Made by a program: the position numbers and the translations under genes. From assembly GCA_051362555.1 (NCBI GenBank), contig CM120641.1, forward strand, positions 1,736,001 to 1,800,000: a DNA stretch of 64,000 bases. Direction: 5' to 3'. Under the pieces are notes generated by a model. It was not told the origin of the DNA. It saw only the letters and a program-made list of their open reading frames with translations, and made no database searches. This DNA comes from Lingula anatina (lineage: Eukaryota; Animalia; Brachiopoda). Every line of letters starts with the position of its first letter. Position 1 is the stretch's first letter. Below are positions 14,701-25,398 of this stretch, piece after piece.

Positions 14701-17700
14701 AACTTTGTATGATTATTTCGCCGCTGTTGTAGACGGTCTTTATTGGGGAAAAGAAGAATGTGGTTTCAGTTGGTGGTGCTGCACATTTCTTCGCTGAAGA
14801 AATAAGAAATGTAACTGAACGGTTAAGTAATTCATTACATATTTACCTGAAATTCCCTGTCTGAAGTGCAATATAACAGTCAATTCTTGGCAGTATGAGA
14901 TATCTGTTACGAGAAATGGACACTGATCTTGAAAATGTGATTTTGATCAAAATTTTTAAGAAGTGGCTTTTTATTGCAATGGATTCATTTGGAATGTGTT
15001 TGAGAGAGAGAGAGAGGGAGAGAGAATGGGGTGGAAGGAAGGACGAGAGGAGGGTAGGAAAGAAAAAATGATGGAATCCACAAACAGGTCAAAAATTGTA
15101 ACCATTTCAAGTAGTTTTCTCAGCAAACATGATTGGTAAATTATTTGAAACCCACACAAGCAATTACTGACAGGACATGTGTGTGTGTGTGTGTGTGTGT
15201 GATTTGAAAAAGAAGTGACTTACACTGACAATCCAAAACACGGCCCCTCCAAGACCCCCGTAAACAGACCATTTGAACGCTCTCCACTGTCCCATGATAG
15301 GAAGGTTTTCATACATATATCACCCTGTAGGTGGGGTTGCACATCTATATGATTCTCTCAACATAACACCAATGAGATATCAGGATTTCACTTAGGGGGG
15401 TGTCCTTTGTGGGAGGGGAGGGGTCATAAAAACATGAGACTTTCTGCCTTGTTTTTCCCCCAGATCTGCATATGAAGCCCAACTTGTGACAATGTGAAAA
15501 CGCATAGGTAATGATGTACATTATTGACAGTTGGGCCAGTCTCTCTATCGTAATTTCTGCAATACCATGTCGCATCTATTTCTCTAGCGATTCTCGGGTT
15601 AAGGTGTGGCTATTCAACTTCGTTTGTGTCAAGTCCAAGAATATTCGAGGGCTGAAAATGTTTTTTGTTTGTTTGTTTTGTGACATGCATTCTACCCTTC
15701 AGTCTTTCTTTACTGCTACTGAACAGTTACAGTTAGTATTTCTTGAGGTGAAACACGAGAAAATAACTGACAGGCATGTTTTCAACATTTATAACAAAAA
15801 GCTGAACAAGCAGTTTTTAAATGTATTAATTCAAAATCAAAACATTTCAAAACAGAAACATGAGAACAGTACAACACTAATAAGGAAATGGAGAAAATAA
15901 AAATCCAGATAAAAAGAAGGATTGGATAAACGAGTATTTAAGCTGGTAGATAAACTGAATTTATGGAAAATGAGTTAACGCTTCTATTTATTCTATTTCA
16001 TTCTTAACATTATCAGATTATTTAAAATCATAACCCTAGGCCCATTTATTTTACTGAGACAACATCTAGAACAGACTTACGTATACATTTTATTTGCGGT
16101 TTGCTCCAGTAATATTTGGTGGCAAATGTGCACTGAGACACGGCATTTGTGCCAATTTGGGTCAAACCAGGCTTGCAGTGGTAAGTGACCTGGTACTGCT
16201 CCATCGGGATCCAGAAATTAGCATTCTGGATGCGTTCAATGCGGCCGTACCATGCACCTTCAACATCTGGAGGTTTTCCGCCCCAGCTACATCTATCTCT
16301 TGTTTCCCGTTTGTGGATGGATGGTTTGAACACACCTGCAGTTGGATCAGCGACTTGTTAAATATTTAATTAAAACAGAATGGTAATAAGACCAGGAGAG
16401 GAGGGGTTGCCTAAATTCAGCTATTGTAGTATCTACACTACGGATGATGCTACTGTATGTGGTGGCATATAGCATTACCTGACCCTCTGTAAATCTTTGC
16501 CAATCACAAAGCAGATTCTAAAGATAAGCGGTACATAAAACGCACTTGGAAAAGAATTGCACTAAAGGTTTTATTATCAAAATTTCTTAAATAATACATG
16601 CATTTGGAAATCTAGCAAAGCCCAGAGACCCAGTGGGATTGTTACTCGCTTTGCAGTTTCCAGATGTTAGAGGTTTGTCGCAATGAACAGTAAACCTAGA
16701 AACAGCGCACCTATGGAACTGCCACAGTAGAAGACGAAATGAGGTCAGAATATAAAAAATGACCACAAGTTCTAATTCCACTTAATGATAAGCCCATTTC
16801 ACATCAATTTTAGTGAAGACTGAACCTTCTGACATCTCTACATCCCTTGTTGAAATAGGGAAAGGTTCCCTCATTACTGCTGCATTAGCTTGATGCATAA
16901 CGATACACAGCCTTATGTCACTGTCCGACTCTGATGTGAAATGCGAGTATTTTCTCTTGGTTTGTATGACAAGTAATATGCTGCCACCTTCAACACTGAC
17001 GCTCGAGGCGTTCTGGCATATATATCTCGGGGTGACAGTACGTTATCTGCAATACTATACTGGGTTTGGTAATATCTGTATGAGGATAGCTGACCTTTGG
17101 GAAATCCATTACGCAGTTCGAATTAACTGACGCGTTCGATGTGGAATTGCGTTTAAAGCAGCGAGGATTTCTTGAACAAAAACTATGGCCCTTGCAATAT
17201 ACACGGATGGTTAAACACGTTCACATCTCTCAACGCTAAGAGCAACTAGCAAAAATGACAAGGCTACAGGGGGATGATAATTTGTCGGGAGTAGTACGTG
17301 AAACGCATGTTTTGAACTCTCCTGGGGTGAGAGATGATATTACTGTTCATTTGTATTTTTGAAGGCTGAATATGTCATCCTTATAAATGATAACATCTCC
17401 AGAAACCTGTTTGAGGTTTCATTTCCCATGCTGGTTTTACATATGTTAATTGTTTGATAGATTTTGCAAAAAAATCTTGTGAGTGGACTTTGAACAAACT
17501 GGAAGCTATAAACTCCGATAATAGCTGCAATTTGCTTGCCGTGCAAAGTTCGTCATAGACTTACGTGTGCACGTTATTTAGGGAGTGGTCCAGTAATAGC
17601 CTGTGTCCACCCTGCACTACGCTACTGCATTGGGGCCATTTTGAACATATCCCGGCCGACAATAATAGGTGGTTTGATACTGCGGTATCCAACGGTCAGC

Positions 17701-18070
17701 ATTTCTGATACGAATAACTCGGCTGTGCCATCCTCCTTCAAGTTCCACGGGTTGCCCGCCGTATACTCCGCATCTTTTTCTTGTGTGCCGTTTATAGACG
17801 GAGGATTTATTAAAACCTGCAGTGGGAGCAAATTTTACATCACGCGTGGCCTTCACCAATGTTACCCGCTAGTTCAATAGGTGACAATAGAGGGTAGCAG
17901 GTTCATTACATTCAGCTACGCTAGCATCTACGCTTGGTCGCCATAATGGTTACAACAGTGACTGAAAATACTACATGTAATATTTGACAACTTCAAACAG
18001 CAGAAAATTATTTATCCTAGAAATTTTAGGATTGTGCCTTGATCAGCTGGGCACACCTCATCCAAAACAG

Positions 18071-18125
<55 letters not shown>

Positions 18126-20619
18126 TCATACCACTTTGAGTAGATGACCAGACCAAAGTTAGACCATTACAACTTACCATTCATTTCGCCATTATTGCAC
18201 TGCGGTTTCTCATTTTGTCTTACTGTGAAAAGAACAATATGTTCAACGTTACAAAGATGGGAAACGATTTGCAATGAAAATATGGCCGTTGGCCAAAACG
18301 GGCCTTTGAAAATGCAGAATTTTGGACATTTATCTACCTGACTGTTAGGGTTGAAAAACTTGCAGTTCCTCTACATTTGGCAAATGATACACAGATAAAA
18401 GAGAACAGCATTTCTAAGAAAATGACCGACAAAGATGATGCTCAGCTAATACCTGATGCTAGATCATAACTGAGGGTACACGGAAAATGAGCTGCATCAC
18501 TGCGGGTGTGATAAATCATGTAATACTATTGATTTTTGTTATTCTTTCAATATTTATTTTACATATAAAATTTTGGAAACCACCTTGTACCGTATACATC
18601 ATGTTGACAATGTTGTCAGTGCATATGTCGCTGCTTCTTTTCTGGTTCATCAGGAACATTGGACGCTGTGCGTCACACCTTTGGTGTATATATTTTAATA
18701 TAGTCTGACATAAAAATCTTTTAAATTTGATTTTTTTAAAATTTTTTTTGTACAGTAAAAGACTCAACTTAGTTCCTGATAAAAGATATAGGTAATTTGA
18801 GAGAATCGCATAAATAAAAATCTTAGTAATGAGTCCCACTTAAAGTGACCTATTTTTTACCTAAAGAATCAGGCAAAATTTAAACTTTTTCTCTTTATTA
18901 TTGCATCATGGCCACTTCTCAAATAAATTTATGTGAATTTATTTCTTCAAGCTATCTCGTCAAAGAAAAAATAATTTGTATTTTGAAAGATTATGCAAAA
19001 GAGGAAAAACTTGGTAAAAAAAGAGGAATGTATATGTCCCGCCAGTTTTGAAAAAGGGTTATCTCGAACAATCAGTGATGGATCAACAGTTTCATCAACT
19101 TGGACTGTTAATATAAAAATTTGTGACTGTACCAAGTTTTACTACTCTGAAAATTAATGTATCGATATTTATCTCCGTAAACATGATCATATGACAAATA
19201 TCGTCCAGAATCGTTTTCATAACTAATTAGATGTTAATGGAATGTGAATCTATGAAATTTGTTAAGCACGGCACTCATCATGACAAAGCCTACCATGGAT
19301 CGCAAAAAATAGTTCCAATGCATCGAATAACTTAATCTATATGACGTTGTAGCGGCAATGCTGTTATCACCTAATAACTTGCAGGGCGAAACTCACCACA
19401 GCATTGGGTCCGTTTCTTGTCCATGCACAGTCTTGTATCAATGAGCTCGGTGCCAGCTTGTCTTGAACAGTCAGCCTCGCAACGACCGCCACAGAAGGTC
19501 TCACAAATGCTTTCCCTTTCTGAAGTAAAGACGCAATCACGTTTATCAGTCTTTGTAGGGCTTGTGCTTGGAAGACAAAAATAATTAAAATTGTTATTGA
19601 TTAAAAATTAAAATTAAAATTGTTATTGATATCTTGGTCTTTGTTATACCCTAGCTTATTACTTAGTTCAGAAAAAGAGTAAGATTTAATATGTAGTATA
19701 TTTGTACAGTGGTATTATATTATACATTATGCAACGTCAATAGTCAAGAGTAAGATTGTGTTTCGCGCATATGTCACTTAATTATGTAAATATGAATTAT
19801 TCAAACGTTATAAACTATCAAAATACATTTGTTTATGCGGCCGATTTTTCACCTTGTTTTCAAGGGTTCAAATATCTGGCGTATTTATACTCACTCCTCT
19901 TGACGCAGCAAGTATTAGGGCAACCACCAACCCCGTAGATTTCCACTTCATCTTTTTTACACCATGGTTTACATTTTCCTTCCAGTTGGAAGCACTGAAC
20001 CACACCCCATTTGCTTGGAAGTTTGAGTGACTGAAGAGTTTCCTTCGGTGATAGCGTCCCAGCGCTTGGCTCTGCACAGAAAATGAATCTCAAATGAGGA
20101 TCAAGTCCGTCGTTGAAATCAATTGTAAGGTGTTTTAAAAAGGAACGTGTTTGTAGGATATTCGTTTTATGTTCTGCTTACAGTTTTAAAAATTCTAGTT
20201 TTATGTGAATACTACGAAGGTTAGGACCTGTCCTTAAATTGTAGATAACCCCCGACACTGTCACCAAAAGCTAACAATATGACAATGAAATTAATTTATC
20301 TATTTCTTTTTTCCGAAAAAAGGTCCATTGCACTTTTTCCTATCAGGGTAAAAGGCGTTAACTCATTTATTTAATTTGTTATTCTGGAGCTAACTGAAGA
20401 TTTACAAAGATTCTGACAAAAGTTGTCCGATTTTGAACATATTCTTTCTCTCATTACTACTGACACAGCAATGGCGTTCATTTACATGGAAAATTACCCA
20501 ACATCAAACCATAAATCAAATTCGATCCACTTATTAAAAATAAATAATAAAGAGCATTTACCTGTAAACAAAACTAGAAGCAAGACAAATTTCAGATATC
20601 TCACTTGCTGAAGATCCAT
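134..20619 (-). CDS. Gene A: inverted paralogue of gene B with a signal peptide, 2 defensin-like modules, 23 open CCP/Sushi exons and a Thr-rich tail; ~1609 aa only if the broken exons are skipped, otherwise truncated at 200 aa or a pseudogene
   Basis: Exons in transcript order: 20562-20619 (MDLQQVRYLKFVLLLVLFT), 19895-20071, 19397-19519, 18178-18222, [17565-17816, two stops], 16081-16335, [15224-15327, remnant], 14608-14793, 14162-14350, 12607-12789, 11907-12089, 11280-11468, 10288-10473, 9858-10043, 9429-9614, 9006-9173, 8296-8469, 7789-7968, 7328-7522, 6632-6820, 5365-5550, 4935-5120, 4506-4691, 4067-4234, 3364-3537, 2828-3007, 2306-2494, 1430-1606, 516-701, 134-279 (TGA). An AATAAA lies on the minus strand at 30-35. 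Confidence 0.75.
3600..3748. mobile_element. Fold-back element (duplicate at ~8558-8695)
   Basis: ~45-bp imperfect inverted arms AATAAGAGTAATTTTTCTTCAATCAACAGCTAATATTGACAG / CTGTCAATGTTAGCTGCTGATTAAAGAAAAATTACTC. Confidence 0.55.
4480..5560. repeat. ~430 bp exon-plus-intron unit repeated three times (repeated again at 9400-10480)
   Basis: Three ICQKPPT.ANAVVSGAPL..NIFQDDTVTYSCKTGY.QNGGSAVRTCTNGAW.GKDI.C exons at ~430 bp spacing with similar introns. Confidence 0.9.
5986..6234. mobile_element. MITE with CAGGGGCGG/CCGCCACCG ends and a 5-bp TSD (hAT5-like)
   Basis: Flanks TCTAA/TCTCA. Absent from the duplicate block at ~10886. Confidence 0.6.
6240..6500 (+). mobile_element. 3' fragment of an RTE-clade LINE (second copy ~10895-11135)
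   Basis: KERQIQFTGHIDRKGQFGDLILAGKIPRKKARGRQRLLFLNQLK resembles the RTE RT C-terminus (GK..G.R.RGRQR). It is present in both tandem copies. Confidence 0.65.
12882..14050. mobile_element. Tc1/mariner-type MITE with TA TSD, carrying a nested MITE
   Basis: TIRs CACACACTGGACAATATAAGTGTCACCCC / GGGGTGACACTCCTATTGTCCAGTGTGTG flanked by TA. Empty site in gene B at ~33415. Confidence 0.8.
12937..13914. mobile_element. Nested MITE (Tc1/mariner/pogo-like, TA TSD)
   Basis: Perfect TIR GGGGAGACCGGGGCTAGTTGG / CCAACTAGCCCCGGTCTCCCC, with internal GGGGCAAGTTGG subterminal repeats. Confidence 0.85.
15224..15327 (-). pseudogene. 3' remnant of a CCP exon (counterpart of B 31513-31701) left by a ~1.18 kb deletion
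   Basis: Reads RVIYV*KPSYHGTVESVQMVCLRGSWRGRVLDCQ, with TGA replacing a Cys codon at 15309-15311. It is fused at a CAG to sequence matching B ~30390-30420. Confidence 0.8.
17565..17816 (-). pseudogene. Gene A exon 6 (divergent CCP) with two in-frame nonsense codons
   Basis: TAG at 17617-17619 (CAG Gln in B) and TAA at 17578-17580 (GAA Glu in B). Splice sites are intact. Confidence 0.85.
18075..18124. repeat. (TA)n microsatellite
   Basis: Pure AT dinucleotide run. Confidence 0.9.
19397..20071 (-). CDS. Gene A exons 3-4: tandem beta-defensin-like cysteine modules
   Basis: Exons encode CFQLEGKCKPWCKKDEVEIYGVGGCPNTCC and CETFCGGRCEADCSRQAGTELIDTRLCMDKKRTQCC. All Cys and splice sites are conserved with gene B. 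Confidence 0.7.
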
Positions 20620-20941
20620 TGTTTTACACTGGATCACATTTTGAAAAGAAAAAAAAAATACCAATATACATTTATGTGGCTAGAGGAGGCTTTCATTGAA
20701 AAGTATTGGCTTCTTTGGATTTTTTAATTATTTTTTTCGTAATACAATCTACTTCTGTCCAAAACAATACAACTTAGAAAAATAAACGAATCACAGATAG
20801 TTCAATTTGCTCGATTGGCTTAGTACCACATTGTAAGCATCAACGGCATATACAGTATATACAACAGAGTTACTACATGTAACTAGCGATTCACTTCTGT
20901 AAAGGTATATCCATGTGTGACTTTTTTCACAGGTGACTTAC

Positions 20942-21024
20942 CTTTCCGAGTGAAAGCCAGTCGTGTGAAACACAACCACAATATTTGTTCTTATGATCAT
21001 ATTCACGGTGTGTGTATATAAAAG
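20942..21024 (-). promoter_or_regulatory. Putative TATA-like element and non-coding exon 1 of gene A
   Basis: TTTTATATAC on the minus strand at ~21014-21023 and a donor AAG|GTAAGT at 20942/20941. This is the inverted copy of the gene B promoter. Confidence 0.5.
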
Positions 21025-24000
21025 ACAGTTCACGTTTGACCACCATATCTCACACCTATAGACTACCTCAGCAGGAAGCGATAATACTGTCTCACGATAA
21101 TTTTTTTAATTCAGAGATATACTACTGTTGATTTATTTACACCATGACCTATGCAAATACTGAAGTTTTACCAAAACAATGTGTTGTGTAGAATTACACG
21201 TGACATCCCAGTATCAAAACAACAGCGTGAGTGACATAAATGTTATTTGAAGTTGATTAGTTCCGCCAGGTGATCTGGGTTATCTGTAAGTTTCCCACAG
21301 TTTGGCACGCACTACCCCGCCAGTTGGTAAACTGTTACTAATTCATAACGAAAAGCAAACGACCTGTGAGGACTTGCCAGCGTACGGAGTTTACCTTCCA
21401 TAAGGATAACAACTGATAGCAACCGGTATGAATATTATAGAACGGGCATCCACACAAGTAGCCTTTGGCACAACTGTACCACTGTCACTTTGATTTCATG
21501 GGCTGCAGTTCTTATGACACGAAGTCGCAAAATGCTCTTATAACATGGGCATTTCATTCTCTGTTCGTTTCTCCAATATTTTTGCCAAAAAGTTTATCAT
21601 CCTACGTTTCGGCTGCAATCTTTTGTACAGTAAAGCAGATGCTCATGCCATCTTTAATCTTCCTCATTATCGTAAACCACTGCAAATCCATCGTTGACAG
21701 AACTTAATTGACGCAGATTTTAAAAATCTATTTTGTTCATTTTTTTCGACAGGCATGTATACAAGAACAGTAAAATATTGACCAAGATGGGGTAGCAAAT
21801 GTCTTTCTCCCTGTGAACTCGTCTGTTAATGACTGGACTACATAACGATATGACATATCTTTCCTGATATTAAACAGCAGAATGGGGCAAGTAATGAGAT
21901 AAAAAGCAATGTTAGTTGATAAGATGCCTTACTTTTGCCAGTTCATTTGGTAATAATAAAATATATATTTGTAGCAACTAGTACAATATAAAACTAATCG
22001 GGTTGTACGTAATAATTATTATATATTGTAATTATAAAACATTATATTGAAATTAATTGTGAAAAATACCAATTGTAAAATGTCCACCATTAAAGATAGA
22101 ACCCCTAATACGGATTGGGTCCAAGATTTAGTTCGACAGAATGCTTCAGAAGTTGAAAGTAACATTGATTTTTTAAATTTTTTATCGTAGCCGTACTACA
22201 ATTTAAATGTTCCCTAAATTTACTATTAACTGTAGTCCGTATTCCACACATAATTTTACCGTTGCTTATTTTCCTTTTGCATTATTTACAACTACTGGTT
22301 TCATCTAGGAAACGCTCAGTGACAGGTTATAACGCTTAAGCTGTTGACAGAAAAAATATTCCCCTTCTAAACGTTTGGAGCTGCTAAGTAGAGCAGCATT
22401 CTCGAATACTTAGTGTACTTCCTTGCTGTAACTTGTGACTATTTTTAAAAGGTACCATAATAATAATTGTAGAAAGATTTGAAGACCGTTTCTACAATAC
22501 TTTACGAAAACGTTATCTTGTGGAGTTTCATTAGCGTTTTTATAACATTCTGGTAAAACATTGTAAAGATATTTTGAAAACCTTTTTTATAAATAACCTC
22601 TGTTTGAGCTACATCTAGCACTAATTCCAAATTGTGCTCGGGGTTAGTCGGCGACGAGAGGGATGCGAATTGTAGAATCTTCGAACTATTTATACTGAAT
22701 AACCCACCATCATCCTGGTATTCTATTGTTCATTAATTAAATAAACATCAATACAGTAGCGAACTTTATCAAAATATGAAGAAGGTGCTTTAAAGTAAAA
22801 GTGATGGTTGTTTGGTGTCTATAGCGAACTAGTGAATTTCCCCCAACTTGATTTTCAGAAACCCATTCTAATAAACTTGCTCGCGAGTCGGCTAAAAATA
22901 TTCTGTTGCCTTGGTTCTGTCCATCTGTCTTTAATGGTGGAAATTTATCAATTGCTATTTTTCAAAAAGTTATCACAATTAATTTCAATATAATGAATTA
23001 TAATTAGAATATACTATAATTACAATAATTATTACGCACAACCCTATTAGTTTAATTATGTACTAGTTTTTACAAATATACGTTGTTATTTTTACCAAAT
23101 GAACTGGCAAAAGAAAGGTATCTTATCAACTAATATTACTTGCCTCCGGCTACTGTTAAATATCAGGAAAGATATGTCATATCGTTATGTAGTCCAGTCA
23201 TTCCCAGGTGAGTTCACAGGGAAAAGATAGGTTCGACCCCCTCAAGGTCAAAATGTTACTATTCTTGTGAACATACATGTACCCGTTAAATAAATGAACA
23301 AAATAGATGCGGCGTCAATTCAGTACGACGGCGAATTTGCAATGGTTAACGAAAAATGTCGAAACTGAAAGATGACATGAGCGTTTGTTTTACCATACAG
23401 AGGGTGAATTCGTCCCAATACTAACCCCAATACTCCAACTAACCCTAACCTGTACTAATCAAATGGGAGCCCGGACTTCCATTCCTTGGACTTCCATTCC
23501 GGTAGTTATCCACCGGTAGTTATCCTCATGGAAGGTAAACTCGGGACGCTGGCAAACTGCTGAAGTCCTCACAGGCCGTTTGCTTTTTGTTATGCATTAA
23601 AATGAGAATTTAAGAAATGTACAACTGCTCATAAGGAGGGATACCTACTTCTCCACCGTGAGAGGAGCCAGTACCTGATCCCCAATCATGCCTAAGAACC
23701 TAAGAACTATATGGAGAGGAGCTGCAGCGCGATAGCATCCCCTCCCCTTTTTCTGCCTTTCATTATTAACTTGTCATTAATTAATAAAATATAATTATCT
23801 ACCTTGATACTGGTGTTAAAAATTTCATTTTAATTTAAACGATCTGATTTAAAAAAAAAACATTAAGGAAATAGTCGCTCTCGAATCCATCCAGGATCGT
23901 GTGAACGCACTCTAGTTCAGCCGTCGTGTCACTGGGTAGTGCGTGCGAAACTGTGGGAAACTGACAGATAACCCAGATTACCTGGCGGAACTAATCAACT

Positions 24001-24055
24001 TCAAATAACACGTAGTCTATAGGTGTGAGATATGGTGGTCATACGTGAACTGGCC

Positions 24056-24136
24056 TTTATATACAAACACCGTGAATATGATCATAAGAACAAATATTGC
24101 GGTTGTGTTTCACACGGCTGGCTTTCACCCGGAAAG
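24056..24136 (+). promoter_or_regulatory. Putative TATA-like element and non-coding exon 1 of gene B
   Basis: TTTATATA at ~24056-24063, followed by a strong donor AAG|GTAAGT at 24136/24137. The arrangement is mirrored in gene A. Confidence 0.5.
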
Positions 24137-24442
24137 GTAAGTCGTCTGTGAAAAAATGACACCTGGATATAGATTTGGGGAAGTAAATTACTGGTTAGTA
24201 TTTCTGTTGTTAATATATACCGTGGATTCTTCCGATGCGCTACTAAGCCAATCGAGTATGTTGAAGTATCTGTAATACCTTTATTTTTTCCAAATTTTAT
24301 TGTTTCGGACAGAAGTAGATTGCATTACGAAAAAAAAAATTAAAAAAACCCCCAAAAATCCAATACTTTTCAATGAAAGCCCCCTTTAGCCACATAAATG
24401 TATATTGTTTTTTTTTTCCAGAATGTGATCCAGTGTTAAACA

Positions 24443-25352
24443 ATGTATCTTCAGCAAGTGAGATATCTGAAGTTTGTCTTACTTCTAGTTTTGCTTACAG
24501 GTAAATGCTCTTTATTATTTATTATTAATAGTAGATCGGATTCGATTTTTATAATTTTTATGTAAATGAACGCCAATGCCGTCAGTAGTAATGAAAGAAA
24601 TAATATTCAAAGTCGGGCCACTTTTGTCAGAGCCTTTGTAAATCCTGAGTTAGTTCCAGAATAAAAAATAATAAATACATAAAAAAGTTAATTTGTATTA
24701 CCCTGCTGGGAAATAGTGCAATGGCCTTTTTTCGGAAAATGAAATGAATTAATTGATTTTGTATAATCGAATTTCATTTTCATGGCAGTGTTGGGGCTTA
24801 TCTAGAACACAAAGACACATGTTATTAGAATCTTTGAAACTGTAAGCAGAAGAAAAAACGGGTATTTTACTTTACATACGCATTCCATTTTAAATTTGTT
24901 CCAACGACAGACTTGACCTTATTTGAGATACGTTTTCTGAGCAGAATCCAGTGGTGGAAAGCCCACACCGAAGAGTCTTCAGTCACTCAGACTTCCAAGC
25001 AAATGGAGTGTGGTTAAATGTTTCCAACTGGATGGAAAATGTAAACCATGGTGTAGAAAAGATGAAGTGGACATTTATGGGGTGGGTGGTTGCCGTAATA
25101 GTTGCTGCGTCAAGAGGAGTGAGTATAAAGTTTTTAACCTCTGATAACTAGGTGAAAAGTAGTTAACAATAAACTCGTGTATGTTAAAAATTCATAACGT
25201 TAGAATAATTCACATTAGAAAATAAATAAGTGGCATTTGTGCGAGGAAAAAACTTCTCTGACTACTGATGTTGCGTCTAATACGTATGCCACATACTGTA
25301 TAACATCCTACTCTTTCCTGAACTAAGTAATGACTAGGAGGTAACACAGACC

Positions 25353-25398
<46 letters not shown>

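Noticed and set aside
15309-15311. TGA at a Cys position as selenocysteine
   Set aside because: The exon is half-deleted, other stops in gene A are TAG and TAA, and no SECIS was recognised.
23420-23460. CTAACCCTAACC telomere-like sequence
   Set aside because: Only about two degenerate units inside a small arm-specific insertion; a common repeat-associated motif.
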